Positions 40,381 to 49,813 are shown, numbered from the stretch's first letter. The stretch is 64,000 nucleotides of DNA from Candidatus Heimdallarchaeota archaeon (GCA_030603365.1 JAUVXV010000001.1:384001-448000), one strand, 5' to 3'. The notes: generated by a model from the letters alone, not told the origin. Translations and numbers: made by a program.

Positions 40381-40830
40381 ATGAATAATGAACTTACTGA
40401 AAAACCTGACAAGAACTATGAAAAAATTACGGTAAATCTTCCTGTAGTGGATGTGGGGAAGATTGATTATCTTACTGAACAAGGACACTACAATTCACGT
40501 GCTGAATTTATAAGAGTAGCTGTAAAAAATGAAATTAGTACTCATAAGTATGAATTTGAGCAAATATCACGTTCATTCCAAAATGAAAGGTCGACAAAAA
40601 TGAATTTTGTATTAGGTTCTTTGAATATATCTAGAACTTATCTAGAAAAACTATCTAAGGAAGGAGATAAAGCTAAAATCTTTGTTATCGGACACTTACG
40701 CATTGCAAGAAATGTTGATGTTGAATTAGTTGAAAAAACTGTAGAATCTTTTAAAGTGTACGGAATAAAAAGAGGACCACCTGGAGTTATTAAATTTCTT
40801 GAAAGTTTGAAGTACTCTAGTGAGAATTAG
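40381..40830 (+). CDS. CopG/ribbon-helix-helix transcription regulator
   Basis: EKITVNL..VDVGKIDYL...G.YNSRAEFIR.AV. Confidence 0.88.
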   Translation: MNNELTEKPDKNYEKITVNLPVVDVGKIDYLTEQGHYNSRAEFIRVAVKNEISTHKYEFEQISRSFQNERSTKMNFVLGSLNISRTYLEKLSKEGDKAKIFVIGHLRIARNVDVELVEKTVESFKVYGIKRGPPGVIKFLESLKYSSEN

Positions 40831-40952
40831 ATCTTTTCCTTTCTTTTTTTTTTTATCTAAGGGACAGACATTCATCCCCTTGTTATAGTTGGCTTCATAA
40901 ATAACACCAATTTGATGAATAAACTTTTGTTTGAAAAGGGAATTAATATCTT

Positions 40953-41501
40953 ATGAACAAAAAAAATAGTGTAAATGTTCCTTTCCCAAGACCAGGCTCA
41001 GCTGAATATGGTTTACTACTTGAAACTGATGAAAAGAAAAAAAAGAAGATACTTACAAAATGGAAGAGAATGAACAAACTTTTCATAATTCCTTTGTATA
41101 GAATAGGTTTACTACCTATATTTGGCATCAACAAAATCTTCTTGCTTCTGTATACGAAAGGGAGAAAAACTGGAAAAACTCGAATAACTCCAGTTGAGTA
41201 TCGTAGGAAGGACGGTTATGTTCATGTTGTTGCGGCAAGAGGTAAAAAAGCTCACTGGTTCAAGAATATGATTGCACATCCTGAGGAAGTCATGGTCAAG
41301 ATTGGGTTCAAAAAAAGAAAAACTTCATTTGAAATATTTGAAAGCATAGACAAAAAAAACAATTTGTTTAAGTGGTATGTTGAGAAATATCCAAAGGCTG
41401 CGAAGTACCTTTTTGGTTGGGATCCAAAAATTGATGTTTTGGAAACTGCTGATTTCACTTCTTTCTCCGAATTAATTGAAATAATAAAATTCGATTTATG
41501 A
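40953..41501 (+). CDS. Deazaflavin (F420)-dependent nitroreductase family protein
   Basis: LLLYTKGRKTG..R.TP, W..N..AHP.V. Confidence 0.85.
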   Translation: MNKKNSVNVPFPRPGSAEYGLLLETDEKKKKKILTKWKRMNKLFIIPLYRIGLLPIFGINKIFLLLYTKGRKTGKTRITPVEYRRKDGYVHVVAARGKKAHWFKNMIAHPEEVMVKIGFKKRKTSFEIFESIDKKNNLFKWYVEKYPKAAKYLFGWDPKIDVLETADFTSFSELIEIIKFDL

Positions 41502-41562
41502 GACCTAATCTTTGCATTATGAAGTAAATGTTTATATTTTTAGAGCATGTATATTCATTACC

Positions 41563-43476
41563 TTGAATCTACATTCTAACAAGTATTATGGGTACAGAGG
41601 ACAAATTCTCATAGTTGATTTAGAGGGATCTACTGTCCAAAAAAAACCACTTGATTCGAATTATATTGAAGAATTTTTGGGAGGAAGAGGTTGGGCAATT
41701 AAATACCTCTATGATAATCTTAAACCGAATGTTGATCCACTTGGTCCTGATAATATTCTCATTGTCAGCTTGGGTCCATTAACTGGTACTCTAGCTCCTT
41801 CTTCCGCTCGTTATACAATTGCAGCAAAATCTCCTCTTACTGGAGGGATTGGTTATGCAAATTCTGGAGGTCATTTTGCACCTGAACTAGCATATGCTGG
41901 ATATGATGCCATCTTTATTCATGGTCGTGCAAAATCACCTGTATATCTCTACATCAAAGATGATGAAGTAGAGATTAAAGACGCTGAACATCTGTGGGGA
42001 AAAGATACTTGGGAAACTGATGAAATATTAAGAACAGAACATTCTGAAGATTTCCAAAGTCTTTGTATTGGACAAGGAGGTGAGAATCTTGTCAAATATG
42101 CAGCAATAATAAATAATCTTTCACGTGCTGCTGCAAGGACAGGAGTGGGAGCTGTAATGGGTTCAAAGAATCTCAAAGCTATCACTGTTAAAGGATCGGG
42201 AGCAGTTAGAGTCGCACAACCTAAAACATTCAATGCTTTGATAGATGAAACATTACAAAAAATCTATGATGATCCTGCATACCCAAGTCTTTCTTATTAT
42301 GGAACAGCTTTTCTTGTGGATTTAGCTTATATCAGTGGAGGATTAGCTACAAGAAATAATCAAACTGGTATTTTTGAGAAATATGAATCTATTTCTGCCG
42401 AAACATTTGATGAAGAATATAGAGTAAAATCTGAAAGTTGTTTTGCATGTCCAATTCATTGTGGTAAATACTCAAAGGTTGAATTTGGTAAATACGCAGG
42501 TACCAAAGGTGGAAGTCCTGAATTTGAGACAATCGTGTGTTTGGGATCGAAATGTGGTATTGGGGATTTATCTGTAATTATTAAAGCAAATGAACTTGCT
42601 AATAGATATGGTCTTGATACAATTTCTCTAGGTGATAGTATAGCTTTTGTTATGGAAGCATTCCAAAAAGGGATACTGAGTAAAGAGGATACTGATGGTA
42701 TGGAGGTCGTATGGGGGAATGATGATGCTTTGATATCCTTAATAACAAAAGTAGCTTTTAGAGAAGGGTTTGGGGATCTTCTAGCTGAGGGAACTAAAAG
42801 ACTATCTGAGAAAATAGGAAAAGGTTCTGAAGAATTTGCTCATCATATAAAGGGAATGGAACCTCCAGCTTATGATGTTAGAACAGCAAAAGCTTTTGGT
42901 TTAGGGTGGGCTACTGCAACAAGAGGTGCCGATCATTTAGCCGCTCTACCAAATTTTGAGCTCTTAGGATATGAACCTGAGAAAGGTCTTGAATGGTTTG
43001 GTTCAAAGGATGCAGTTGACCCTCTCTCCTGTAAAGGAAAACCCAAAATGGTTTATTGGCATGAGAATTTCGGTGCTGTTGTCGACTCAGCTGAGATGTG
43101 TAAATATACTTGTTTTTCAGCTTATGCTATTAAGCCAGAGGATATGTCAAAGTTTCTAATTTATGCGACAGGTTTAGATTTCTCTCCTGAAAAATTGATG
43201 TTAATTGGAGAGAGGATATACAATCTTGAACGACTATTTAATCTGAGGGAAGGAAAAGGGATGGAAGAAGATCGATTACCTTCTAGATTTACTGATGAAC
43301 CATTACCTGAAGGTCCATCTAAGGGGAATTATGTCGAGTTAGATAAAATGCTTCCTGAGTATTACAAACTAAGGCAATGGAGTACAGATACAGGTTTACC
43401 AAGCGTTGAATTATTACAATCGCTGAATCTGTTTGATGAGGCCAAAAAATATAACTTAATAGATAAGGAGGAATAA
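41563..43476 (+). CDS. aor: Aldehyde:ferredoxin oxidoreductase (W/Mo-pterin AOR family)
   Basis: LGGRG, KSPLTG, AAR.GVGAVMGSKNLKA, CFACPIHC, PEFET, GLDTIS, RGADH; TTG 41563 lies about 25 nt after TTTATATT. Confidence 0.93.
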   Translation: MNLHSNKYYGYRGQILIVDLEGSTVQKKPLDSNYIEEFLGGRGWAIKYLYDNLKPNVDPLGPDNILIVSLGPLTGTLAPSSARYTIAAKSPLTGGIGYANSGGHFAPELAYAGYDAIFIHGRAKSPVYLYIKDDEVEIKDAEHLWGKDTWETDEILRTEHSEDFQSLCIGQGGENLVKYAAIINNLSRAAARTGVGAVMGSKNLKAITVKGSGAVRVAQPKTFNALIDETLQKIYDDPAYPSLSYYGTAFLVDLAYISGGLATRNNQTGIFEKYESISAETFDEEYRVKSESCFACPIHCGKYSKVEFGKYAGTKGGSPEFETIVCLGSKCGIGDLSVIIKANELANRYGLDTISLGDSIAFVMEAFQKGILSKEDTDGMEVVWGNDDALISLITKVAFREGFGDLLAEGTKRLSEKIGKGSEEFAHHIKGMEPPAYDVRTAKAFGLGWATATRGADHLAALPNFELLGYEPEKGLEWFGSKDAVDPLSCKGKPKMVYWHENFGAVVDSAEMCKYTCFSAYAIKPEDMSKFLIYATGLDFSPEKLMLIGERIYNLERLFNLREGKGMEEDRLPSRFTDEPLPEGPSKGNYVELDKMLPEYYKLRQWSTDTGLPSVELLQSLNLFDEAKKYNLIDKEE

Positions 43477-43479
43477 AAA

Positions 43480-43980
43480 ATGGGGAAATTACAGATGAAA
43501 CGTATTTTTGTCATGGAAGATAGATGTAATGGGTGTAGAATATGCGAACTAAGATGTTCTTTTTATCATGATCAAATGTACTCTCCAACTCTTTCTAGAA
43601 TATATGTTGTCAAAAATGAAATAGAAGGATTCACAAAGCCAAAAACCTGTGTTATTTGCGGAAAATGTATCGAATCTTGCCCAGAAAATGCTATCTCAAA
43701 ATCCGAACTGACTGGAGCTATATCTATAAACGAAGATCAATGCACAGGATGCATGGAATGTGTGAAAGCCTGTCCATTTGAAGTAATGAGATTTAACCAT
43801 GCTACAAATAAAGCATTTACTTGTGATTTGTGTGATGGGGATCCTCAATGTGTTAAATACTGTCCTGAAGAAGCTTTGTTCTATACAACTTCAAAAGAGT
43901 TTTCTGATTTTAAGAAAAAAGAGAACGAAAAGAAAGCTTCTGATAAGATAAAAAAACCTCATGTGATTCCACAAGAATAA
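43480..43980 (+). CDS. Polyferredoxin (4Fe-4S) subunit partner of AOR
   Basis: CNGCRICELRC, CVICGKCIESCP, CTGCMECVKACP, CDLC..DPQCVKYCP; AGGAGG RBS. Confidence 0.93.
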   Translation: MGKLQMKRIFVMEDRCNGCRICELRCSFYHDQMYSPTLSRIYVVKNEIEGFTKPKTCVICGKCIESCPENAISKSELTGAISINEDQCTGCMECVKACPFEVMRFNHATNKAFTCDLCDGDPQCVKYCPEEALFYTTSKEFSDFKKKENEKKASDKIKKPHVIPQE

Positions 43981-44006
43981 GCTAGTTTCACTTTGTGGTA
44001 AATAGA

Positions 44007-45827
44007 TTATTTTCCATTTTTCAAATCTTCTTCAACTTCCAATAAAATCTCCATATTCTTCTGAAAAATCTCATTGTTAGAACTGATGTCTTTAGCAAAC
44101 CTTACTCTAATAAAAACATAGAAATTCATCGCTACATTTTTGATAATTGATGCTATGGTTTTATACTTAATGACAGAAAAAACTAACACTCCGAAAAGAA
44201 GGAGCCATAATGGTATAAGGTAAACTCCATAAAATAGAGGCCAGTTATTGAACTTTCTTGGATTAGTGAGATTGTAATATTCATCAAGATTCGAAAAACC
44301 ATCGCCATCCGGATCTTGATATGTACTTATTTCGAGTGGATCTAATCTGTATTCCACTTCCCAGTTATCAGGCAAGAGATCATCATCTGTATCATTTTTA
44401 TTCGGGTTAGTATGATAATAATTTGTTTCAATCAAATCGTCCAGAAAATCTCCATCACTATCTGGTCTACCATGATGGAGATAACTGCCACCATAAGTCC
44501 ACCATGAACTTGTAGAATTTGTAGATTCTGATAACTCAAAACAGTAGAGGTCATTCTGAGCAGGTCTAGCAATTATAATTTCCAACTTAGAATCTAGATC
44601 AATATCAGCTACTAGAGGAGGTTCTTTACTCATGCTATCTAGTTCTCTATAGAGCATAAGTTGTCCTAAAAAGTTTAAACCAACAAAATTTTCATTTCCT
44701 TCGGTGAATAATGTTTCCAGTTTTCCATCATTATCTATATCTACTAAAGCAGGACTACCAACAGGTTTTGTTGCGTTAAAATTCCAAACATCTTGTCCTG
44801 TTGAATCAATACAAAAAACTTGACCAAATCTTGTTTCCCAATCATAACTACTTGAAATTATTTCCAGATTTCCATTGTCATTTATATCCGCTATACATGG
44901 ATCATGATACATGAAATTACTTCTGTTATCTGCATGTTTCTGCTGATACGCCCACTCAATTCCTCCTTCGTGATCAAAACAGAATAGTTTGAAGGTACTT
45001 CCAATACATATTTCCAAAGTGCCGTCATTATCAAGATCAGCTATGCTAAACAAAGCATCTCCTCGTAATGTTGGAGAAGCGATCCATTTTTGTTCTCCTT
45101 GTTGGGAAATACAATGTAGTTTGTAATCGTTTCCAATAAGAAGGATTTCAATTTCTCCATCATTATCAAGATCTGCAATAGTTGGTGCTCCCCCTAAAAT
45201 ATCTGTCCAAAATCCAGCGTAATCTAATTCAAGATTGAATTCTTTCACAAATTCTCCATTGCGATTTAAAAGAAAAGGTTGACTAATTGTTTTTGCAGTT
45301 GATATGAGAATATCCAAATGATCATCGCCATCTATGTCAAAAATACAGGGGGTAAAATCCTCTAATTCATAATTAGTAGTGTATTCCCATCTCTTTAATC
45401 CCTGAGAATTCAAACAAATTATCGAAGATTTTCCTGTTAGTATAATGTCGGGTTTTCCATCCTCATTCAAGTCAGCTATAACAATTTTACCAGTTAAAGT
45501 ACTTTTCAGATAAGCTCCCCATCTCAAGCTCCCATCGGAATTTATACAATATAAATCGTGGGGGGTCGCAATTAAAATTTCTTTGAACCCATCCCTCTCC
45601 AAATCTGCAAGTAAAGGTGATCCGATAATATCTTTATTTAAAGCAGTTATCCACGAAGTTTCTAAATACTCTGTTCCAACTAAGCCATCATCTAAACCTT
45701 TTCCAGAAATAGGCTGATAGAGTACTAAAGATGAAAGGAATAATACCTGAATTACCATAGTTATGAGTTTTAAGTGCTTAGCCTTTGCCTTGTTCACCCT
45801 AACAACCATATTAACATGTGTGTTCAA
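44007..45827 (-). CDS. Surface protein with FG-GAP/VCBS beta-propeller repeats, Asp-rich Ca-binding repeats and C-terminal TM
   Basis: About 7 ADL/IDxDGxxEI repeats; DSDGDFLDD..E, DTDDD.LPD.WE, DPDGDGFSN..EY. Confidence 0.87.
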   Translation of the reverse strand: MNTHVNMVVRVNKAKAKHLKLITMVIQVLFLSSLVLYQPISGKGLDDGLVGTEYLETSWITALNKDIIGSPLLADLERDGFKEILIATPHDLYCINSDGSLRWGAYLKSTLTGKIVIADLNEDGKPDIILTGKSSIICLNSQGLKRWEYTTNYELEDFTPCIFDIDGDDHLDILISTAKTISQPFLLNRNGEFVKEFNLELDYAGFWTDILGGAPTIADLDNDGEIEILLIGNDYKLHCISQQGEQKWIASPTLRGDALFSIADLDNDGTLEICIGSTFKLFCFDHEGGIEWAYQQKHADNRSNFMYHDPCIADINDNGNLEIISSSYDWETRFGQVFCIDSTGQDVWNFNATKPVGSPALVDIDNDGKLETLFTEGNENFVGLNFLGQLMLYRELDSMSKEPPLVADIDLDSKLEIIIARPAQNDLYCFELSESTNSTSSWWTYGGSYLHHGRPDSDGDFLDDLIETNYYHTNPNKNDTDDDLLPDNWEVEYRLDPLEISTYQDPDGDGFSNLDEYYNLTNPRKFNNWPLFYGVYLIPLWLLLFGVLVFSVIKYKTIASIIKNVAMNFYVFIRVRFAKDISSNNEIFQKNMEILLEVEEDLKNGK

Positions 45828-45871
45828 GCAGTTAAAAACATAATTAAAAGAACATTATTTGACGTTAGAGT

Positions 45872-46150
45872 TTATCCACCAGCTATCGCAGGCATTAATA
45901 CTACCATATCATCCTCATGTAATTCTGTATTGAAGCCATCTAGAAGATTGATATTACGTGCATTTACCAAAATTCTGTAAATCTTACGTATCTCTCCTTT
46001 TTCGTTGAGTAACTCTTGTTCAAGTTCGGGACCAAATTCCTTGATTAGTTTCTCTATTAGGTCTTTAATCATAGTAGCTTCATAATCAAATTGTTTCTTA
46101 CCTATTATTTGTTTAAGCCTAGCAAAAGTAACAACAACTATTTTTACCAT
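45872..46150 (-). CDS. MoaD/ThiS/SAMP ubiquitin-like sulfur carrier
   Basis: FA.L....G, ILVN, L..DD.V...PAIAGG di-glycine terminus. Confidence 0.92.
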   Translation of the reverse strand: MVKIVVVTFARLKQIIGKKQFDYEATMIKDLIEKLIKEFGPELEQELLNEKGEIRKIYRILVNARNINLLDGFNTELHEDDMVVLMPAIAGG

Positions 46151-46218
46151 TTCAATCCCAATTATCCATATGTTTACTAAATCTATAACTTATTTATCCT
46201 ATTCAAAATTAAAAATAT

Positions 46219-48162
46219 TTATCTTTTACTTGGAAAAATCATCTTAGCAATTTCTTCAATCATGATTTTAGAATCCGAAACTAATGCTCTTGAGCTCTTA
46301 ATGGATTTAATTAGTTCTTCCCAAACTGAAGTGGATGTTCCTATTATTTTTGAAAATGCTTCCAATTTCTGAGATGCAGAATAGGTTTGACCTCTTATTA
46401 CATATCCAAAGAAGAGAGGTTTCTTAGGTTTAATCAAGACAGTATATTCTTGATGTTTAATTCTTTCAACCGAGCCTTGTGATGAGAACGTTTCTTTACA
46501 GAAATTTATTATCGCAGCTAAGAACCCCCCTATTAAAACACCATCTAATTGACTTCCTTCAAGAAAATTTTTGGTATACAAAGGTGTTCCTGAATCGGCT
46601 AGAATTAGAAGCATAACTGGTTCTTCGTTTATTAATTGAGGGAATTCAACATCTCCTTTATTACTTAAACTTACCATCAATTCTCCAAATCTAGTTAATT
46701 CTAGTCTATCTTTTAAACTTGCATTTTTACTAATCAAATCTTCCCAATCACTCAATTGTTCAAGCAAAACATCATGCTCATTAGAGATTTTCATAGCTAA
46801 ATGCTTGAGATTTTTGTCATCAGCAATTTGTTCAGCTTGTGTAAGTAAGATTCTAGCTTGTACTAAATCAAGGTCGATTAGAGCAAGCTGACTTTGTAAT
46901 AAGTAAGTTCTTGCTAATAACGTAAATGAATTTTGATGGTCAGCGATTTCTGAAAGACTGTCTACCATGGACTTAATTAAATCCAATAACTCTTGATCTC
47001 CTGACATTTTGAGTTCTTCTAAGAGTAGTTCAATAAAATTAAGAAGAGCGGTTATGGTTAAGGAGTGATCTAGAACATCTTCTTCTAAAATCTCTTGAAA
47101 CAATTCTTGAGCTCTAACTTTGTCCTTCATTCTGGTACTGAGTTTCAAAAAGTGAGCTTCTGCTATTCTGCAAATTTGATCTATGAATTCATTCGTTTCT
47201 TTATTATTAATCCTGATAATTCTATCTAAATATCTCTTAGCTCTTTCTTTCATTTGAGCATCCAAAGAAACTGTGACTAATCCATATAATGACAATACAA
47301 TATCTGCCTTATTTCCGATTCTCTCTCTCAGGTACAAACTCTCTTTATAGTATAGTGTTGCTGTTTCCCAGTCTCCTCTTTGTTGGTAAATATCTCCAAT
47401 GTTACATAAGACCAAAGCAGTATATTGTTCATTTCCTATTCCTTCCCATAACTTGAGACATTGCTTGAAGTAATCTAAAGCCTTGTCAATTTCCCCTTTA
47501 TACATGTAGAGATTGCCAATGTTGTTCAAAGATGTAGCTATGTCATCATCATTTCCAAGTTCTTTGTAAATGGGTAAACTTTGTTCATAATACTCCAATG
47601 CTTTATCTAACTCACCCTTGGTCCTGTGGAGTACACCAATGTTGTTTAAAATAGTACTAATTTCTTTTTTATCTTCAAGTTCAATCCATATTGCCTGACT
47701 TTCAGTATAGAATTCTAGTGCTTTACCATGATTGCCTTTAGATTGGAAAATAACTCCTTTTAGCTTTGCAATACTTGCTTTTCGTTTTTTAATCTCCTTG
47801 CTATTTCCATTTCTAATAGTTTCAAGAATTTCTTCATTTTGTTTAAGTGTCTCTAATGCTTGGTTTAATCTCCCAAGTCTCCAAAGCGAATATGCTTTTT
47901 CAATAATTGTGTCCATTGATAGATAAAGAAAATTCTTGTTCATGCTTTCTTGAGAAGTAAGTTCTAACAACTCAAGTGCTAGATTATATTTGCCTATTTT
48001 GTTGAATATAGTACTCTTACATATTTGACAACTAATTTGCTCTTTAGCCTTTAAACCATTAGATTTTTCGAGAGTTTCCACTATTTGAAGAGCTTCTTCA
48101 TATTTTCCTTTAACAATTAACTGATCAGCTCTAGCAAGCTGGTTTGTGTTTGAACCAACCAA
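46219..48162 (-). CDS. TPR-repeat protein with C-terminal longin-like domain
   Basis: LNNIG......GE.DKALEYY..SL repeats; C-terminal LLIL..SG.PLY...F...LIGGFL.AI..F..ETF. Confidence 0.85.
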   Translation of the reverse strand: MVGSNTNQLARADQLIVKGKYEEALQIVETLEKSNGLKAKEQISCQICKSTIFNKIGKYNLALELLELTSQESMNKNFLYLSMDTIIEKAYSLWRLGRLNQALETLKQNEEILETIRNGNSKEIKKRKASIAKLKGVIFQSKGNHGKALEFYTESQAIWIELEDKKEISTILNNIGVLHRTKGELDKALEYYEQSLPIYKELGNDDDIATSLNNIGNLYMYKGEIDKALDYFKQCLKLWEGIGNEQYTALVLCNIGDIYQQRGDWETATLYYKESLYLRERIGNKADIVLSLYGLVTVSLDAQMKERAKRYLDRIIRINNKETNEFIDQICRIAEAHFLKLSTRMKDKVRAQELFQEILEEDVLDHSLTITALLNFIELLLEELKMSGDQELLDLIKSMVDSLSEIADHQNSFTLLARTYLLQSQLALIDLDLVQARILLTQAEQIADDKNLKHLAMKISNEHDVLLEQLSDWEDLISKNASLKDRLELTRFGELMVSLSNKGDVEFPQLINEEPVMLLILADSGTPLYTKNFLEGSQLDGVLIGGFLAAIINFCKETFSSQGSVERIKHQEYTVLIKPKKPLFFGYVIRGQTYSASQKLEAFSKIIGTSTSVWEELIKSIKSSRALVSDSKIMIEEIAKMIFPSKR

Positions 48163-48242
48163 TGAAACCCCTAATAATATACTATACCAATTACAATTAA
48201 TAAACTTACGAAGAAGGTAATGAAAAAATAACTGTTTGTTTT

Positions 48243-48491
48243 TCAGCTGTTTGGGTATTTCTCTTTTAAAATCTGCATTGCTTCAGAAATAGTTAAACTG
48301 GCTAATTCTTTAGCAGTTTCATAATGTTCTCCACAGAACCACTCCGCATAAGGTGGGTGCCCAACAGCTCCTTTTCTTTCCATCTCTTTAATCCATTTTT
48401 TATCGCTTTTGCGTTTCTTAAAATAGATTACACCACCTTCGTCTGAATGGGGGAACCTTTTATCACAAATTGTGCAAATAGGCGGTTTCAT
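48243..48491 (-). CDS. Small hypothetical protein, putative Zn-binding
   Basis: CTIC, GHP and WFCGEH motifs; 82 aa. Confidence 0.72.
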   Translation of the reverse strand: MKPPICTICDKRFPHSDEGGVIYFKKRKSDKKWIKEMERKGAVGHPPYAEWFCGEHYETAKELASLTISEAMQILKEKYPNS

Positions 48492-48515
48492 TGCTCTTTA
48501 CCACGCACGTTATGA

Positions 48516-48875
48516 AACTTGGTCAAACTTGCCAGAGGGCGTTTAACCGTCGTTTAAGTGGATCCCCTCACGTGCGTTGAGGGGAAGAATCATGAGGATC
48601 ATGATTGAGGGAGGAAAGAAGGGAGTGCGCATGAACTCCTACGTCATTCCACCCATTGCGCGAAGTGCTGAATGGTTCAAACATTACTAACTGAGGGACA
48701 GGTGGTCACGCACCTGCGAACCATAGAAAGGTGAGTATTCACCTAGCACTACCTATATATCCGTACTTTCACATATAAACTCGTAGAAAAATGGAGGATG
48801 GGGGAAGCACCATCTCTCTCGCTTGAGAACGCAATATACGCACACTAGAAAACTTATGGCAAGATTGAGTAAGTT
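48516..48875. ncRNA. Unassigned ~360-nt structured RNA candidate (+ strand favoured by G.U pairs)
   Basis: GC-enriched intergenic block closed by a 19-nt terminal stem (48516-48534/48857-48875) containing at least 9 nested helices. Confidence 0.7.
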
Positions 48876-48928
48876 CTTATGCTTCAGTCATCTACGGTGT
48901 TTCTTATAAAAAGATTTAGGGCATTTCA

Positions 48929-49813
48929 TCATTCTAATCTTATGCTTCTTCTAATAGCAGTCATAGTTTCTGTTGCCATTAATCTGTTGTTTGGGTCTTC
49001 ATCATTTCTAGCAATTTCCCCTAATATATCTATAGCATTGGGTTCCTTTAGAACACCGATATTGCTTATTGCTTCAAATCTTACTCTTGCATTATCATCA
49101 TCTAAAGCTTTTAGATTAATTTCATACATTCGGGGGTCTTCAATTTCTCCTAAGTCTATTAATTTTCTTAGTTCTTGAAGAGCAAGTAATCTGATTTCCC
49201 AATCAATGTCTTCATAGGCTTTTTCTAGATGTGGAACAGGATTTCCCTCAACTCGATAAGTTAAGAACTCTACAGCTACTTCTTTAACTAGTTTGTTTGC
49301 ATCTAATACAAAACGAGCAACTAAGGACGCTGGAACTTTTATTGGAAAATGAAGTAAGGTAGTTTTAGCTTCCTCTCTAACTGATTCAGTGCTGTCTTTT
49401 AATGATCCAAATAAAGGCTCTATCATTGTCATATCATCAAAATTCTTTAGTTCTTTTGCAGCAGAATATCGTACTTGGGGATTCTCATCATTAAGTCCAA
49501 AGGTAATGAATCGAACCGTATCAGGATTTCCATGCTTTCCAAATGATGAAATTGCAGCTTGTCTCACTTCCCAATCTGAATCTTCTAATGCTTGAGATAG
49601 AGCAACTGAAGCTTTACTATATTCAACTTCACCAAGGATTTCAGCAGCATAACTCCTAACATCAGTATCGCTGTCTTTCAAGGCTTGAATAATAGTTTGG
49701 ATAGCAAGATCAGAATCAATAAAAGGAATTAGCTGCTCCAAAGCCAATTGTCGGAGAGCTGGATTATCGTTTTCTAGTAACTTGATAATTTTCTGTATTT
49801 GTTCCTCAGTCAT
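48929..49813 (-). CDS. HEAT-repeat (PBS lyase-like) protein
   Basis: ALKDSD.DVR..AA..LG repeated about 8 times. Confidence 0.9.
   Translation of the reverse strand: MTEEQIQKIIKLLENDNPALRQLALEQLIPFIDSDLAIQTIIQALKDSDTDVRSYAAEILGEVEYSKASVALSQALEDSDWEVRQAAISSFGKHGNPDTVRFITFGLNDENPQVRYSAAKELKNFDDMTMIEPLFGSLKDSTESVREEAKTTLLHFPIKVPASLVARFVLDANKLVKEVAVEFLTYRVEGNPVPHLEKAYEDIDWEIRLLALQELRKLIDLGEIEDPRMYEINLKALDDDNARVRFEAISNIGVLKEPNAIDILGEIARNDEDPNNRLMATETMTAIRRSIRLE

Noticed and set aside
38137-46150. Integrated element at the tRNA-Tyr gene
   Set aside because: No integrase and no duplicated tRNA 3' end (att site) seen in the window.
48685-48691. TACTAAC (yeast branch-point heptamer) in a loop of the structured RNA
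   Set aside because: A single AT-rich 7-mer is expected by chance in 64 kb; no splice-site or group II domain V context was found.
48609-48856. Canonical RNase P RNA (GAGGAAAG ... CTTA)
   Set aside because: The P4 pseudoknot cannot be formed and CR-III/CR-IV are not recognisable; kept as unassigned ncRNA pending a covariance-model search.
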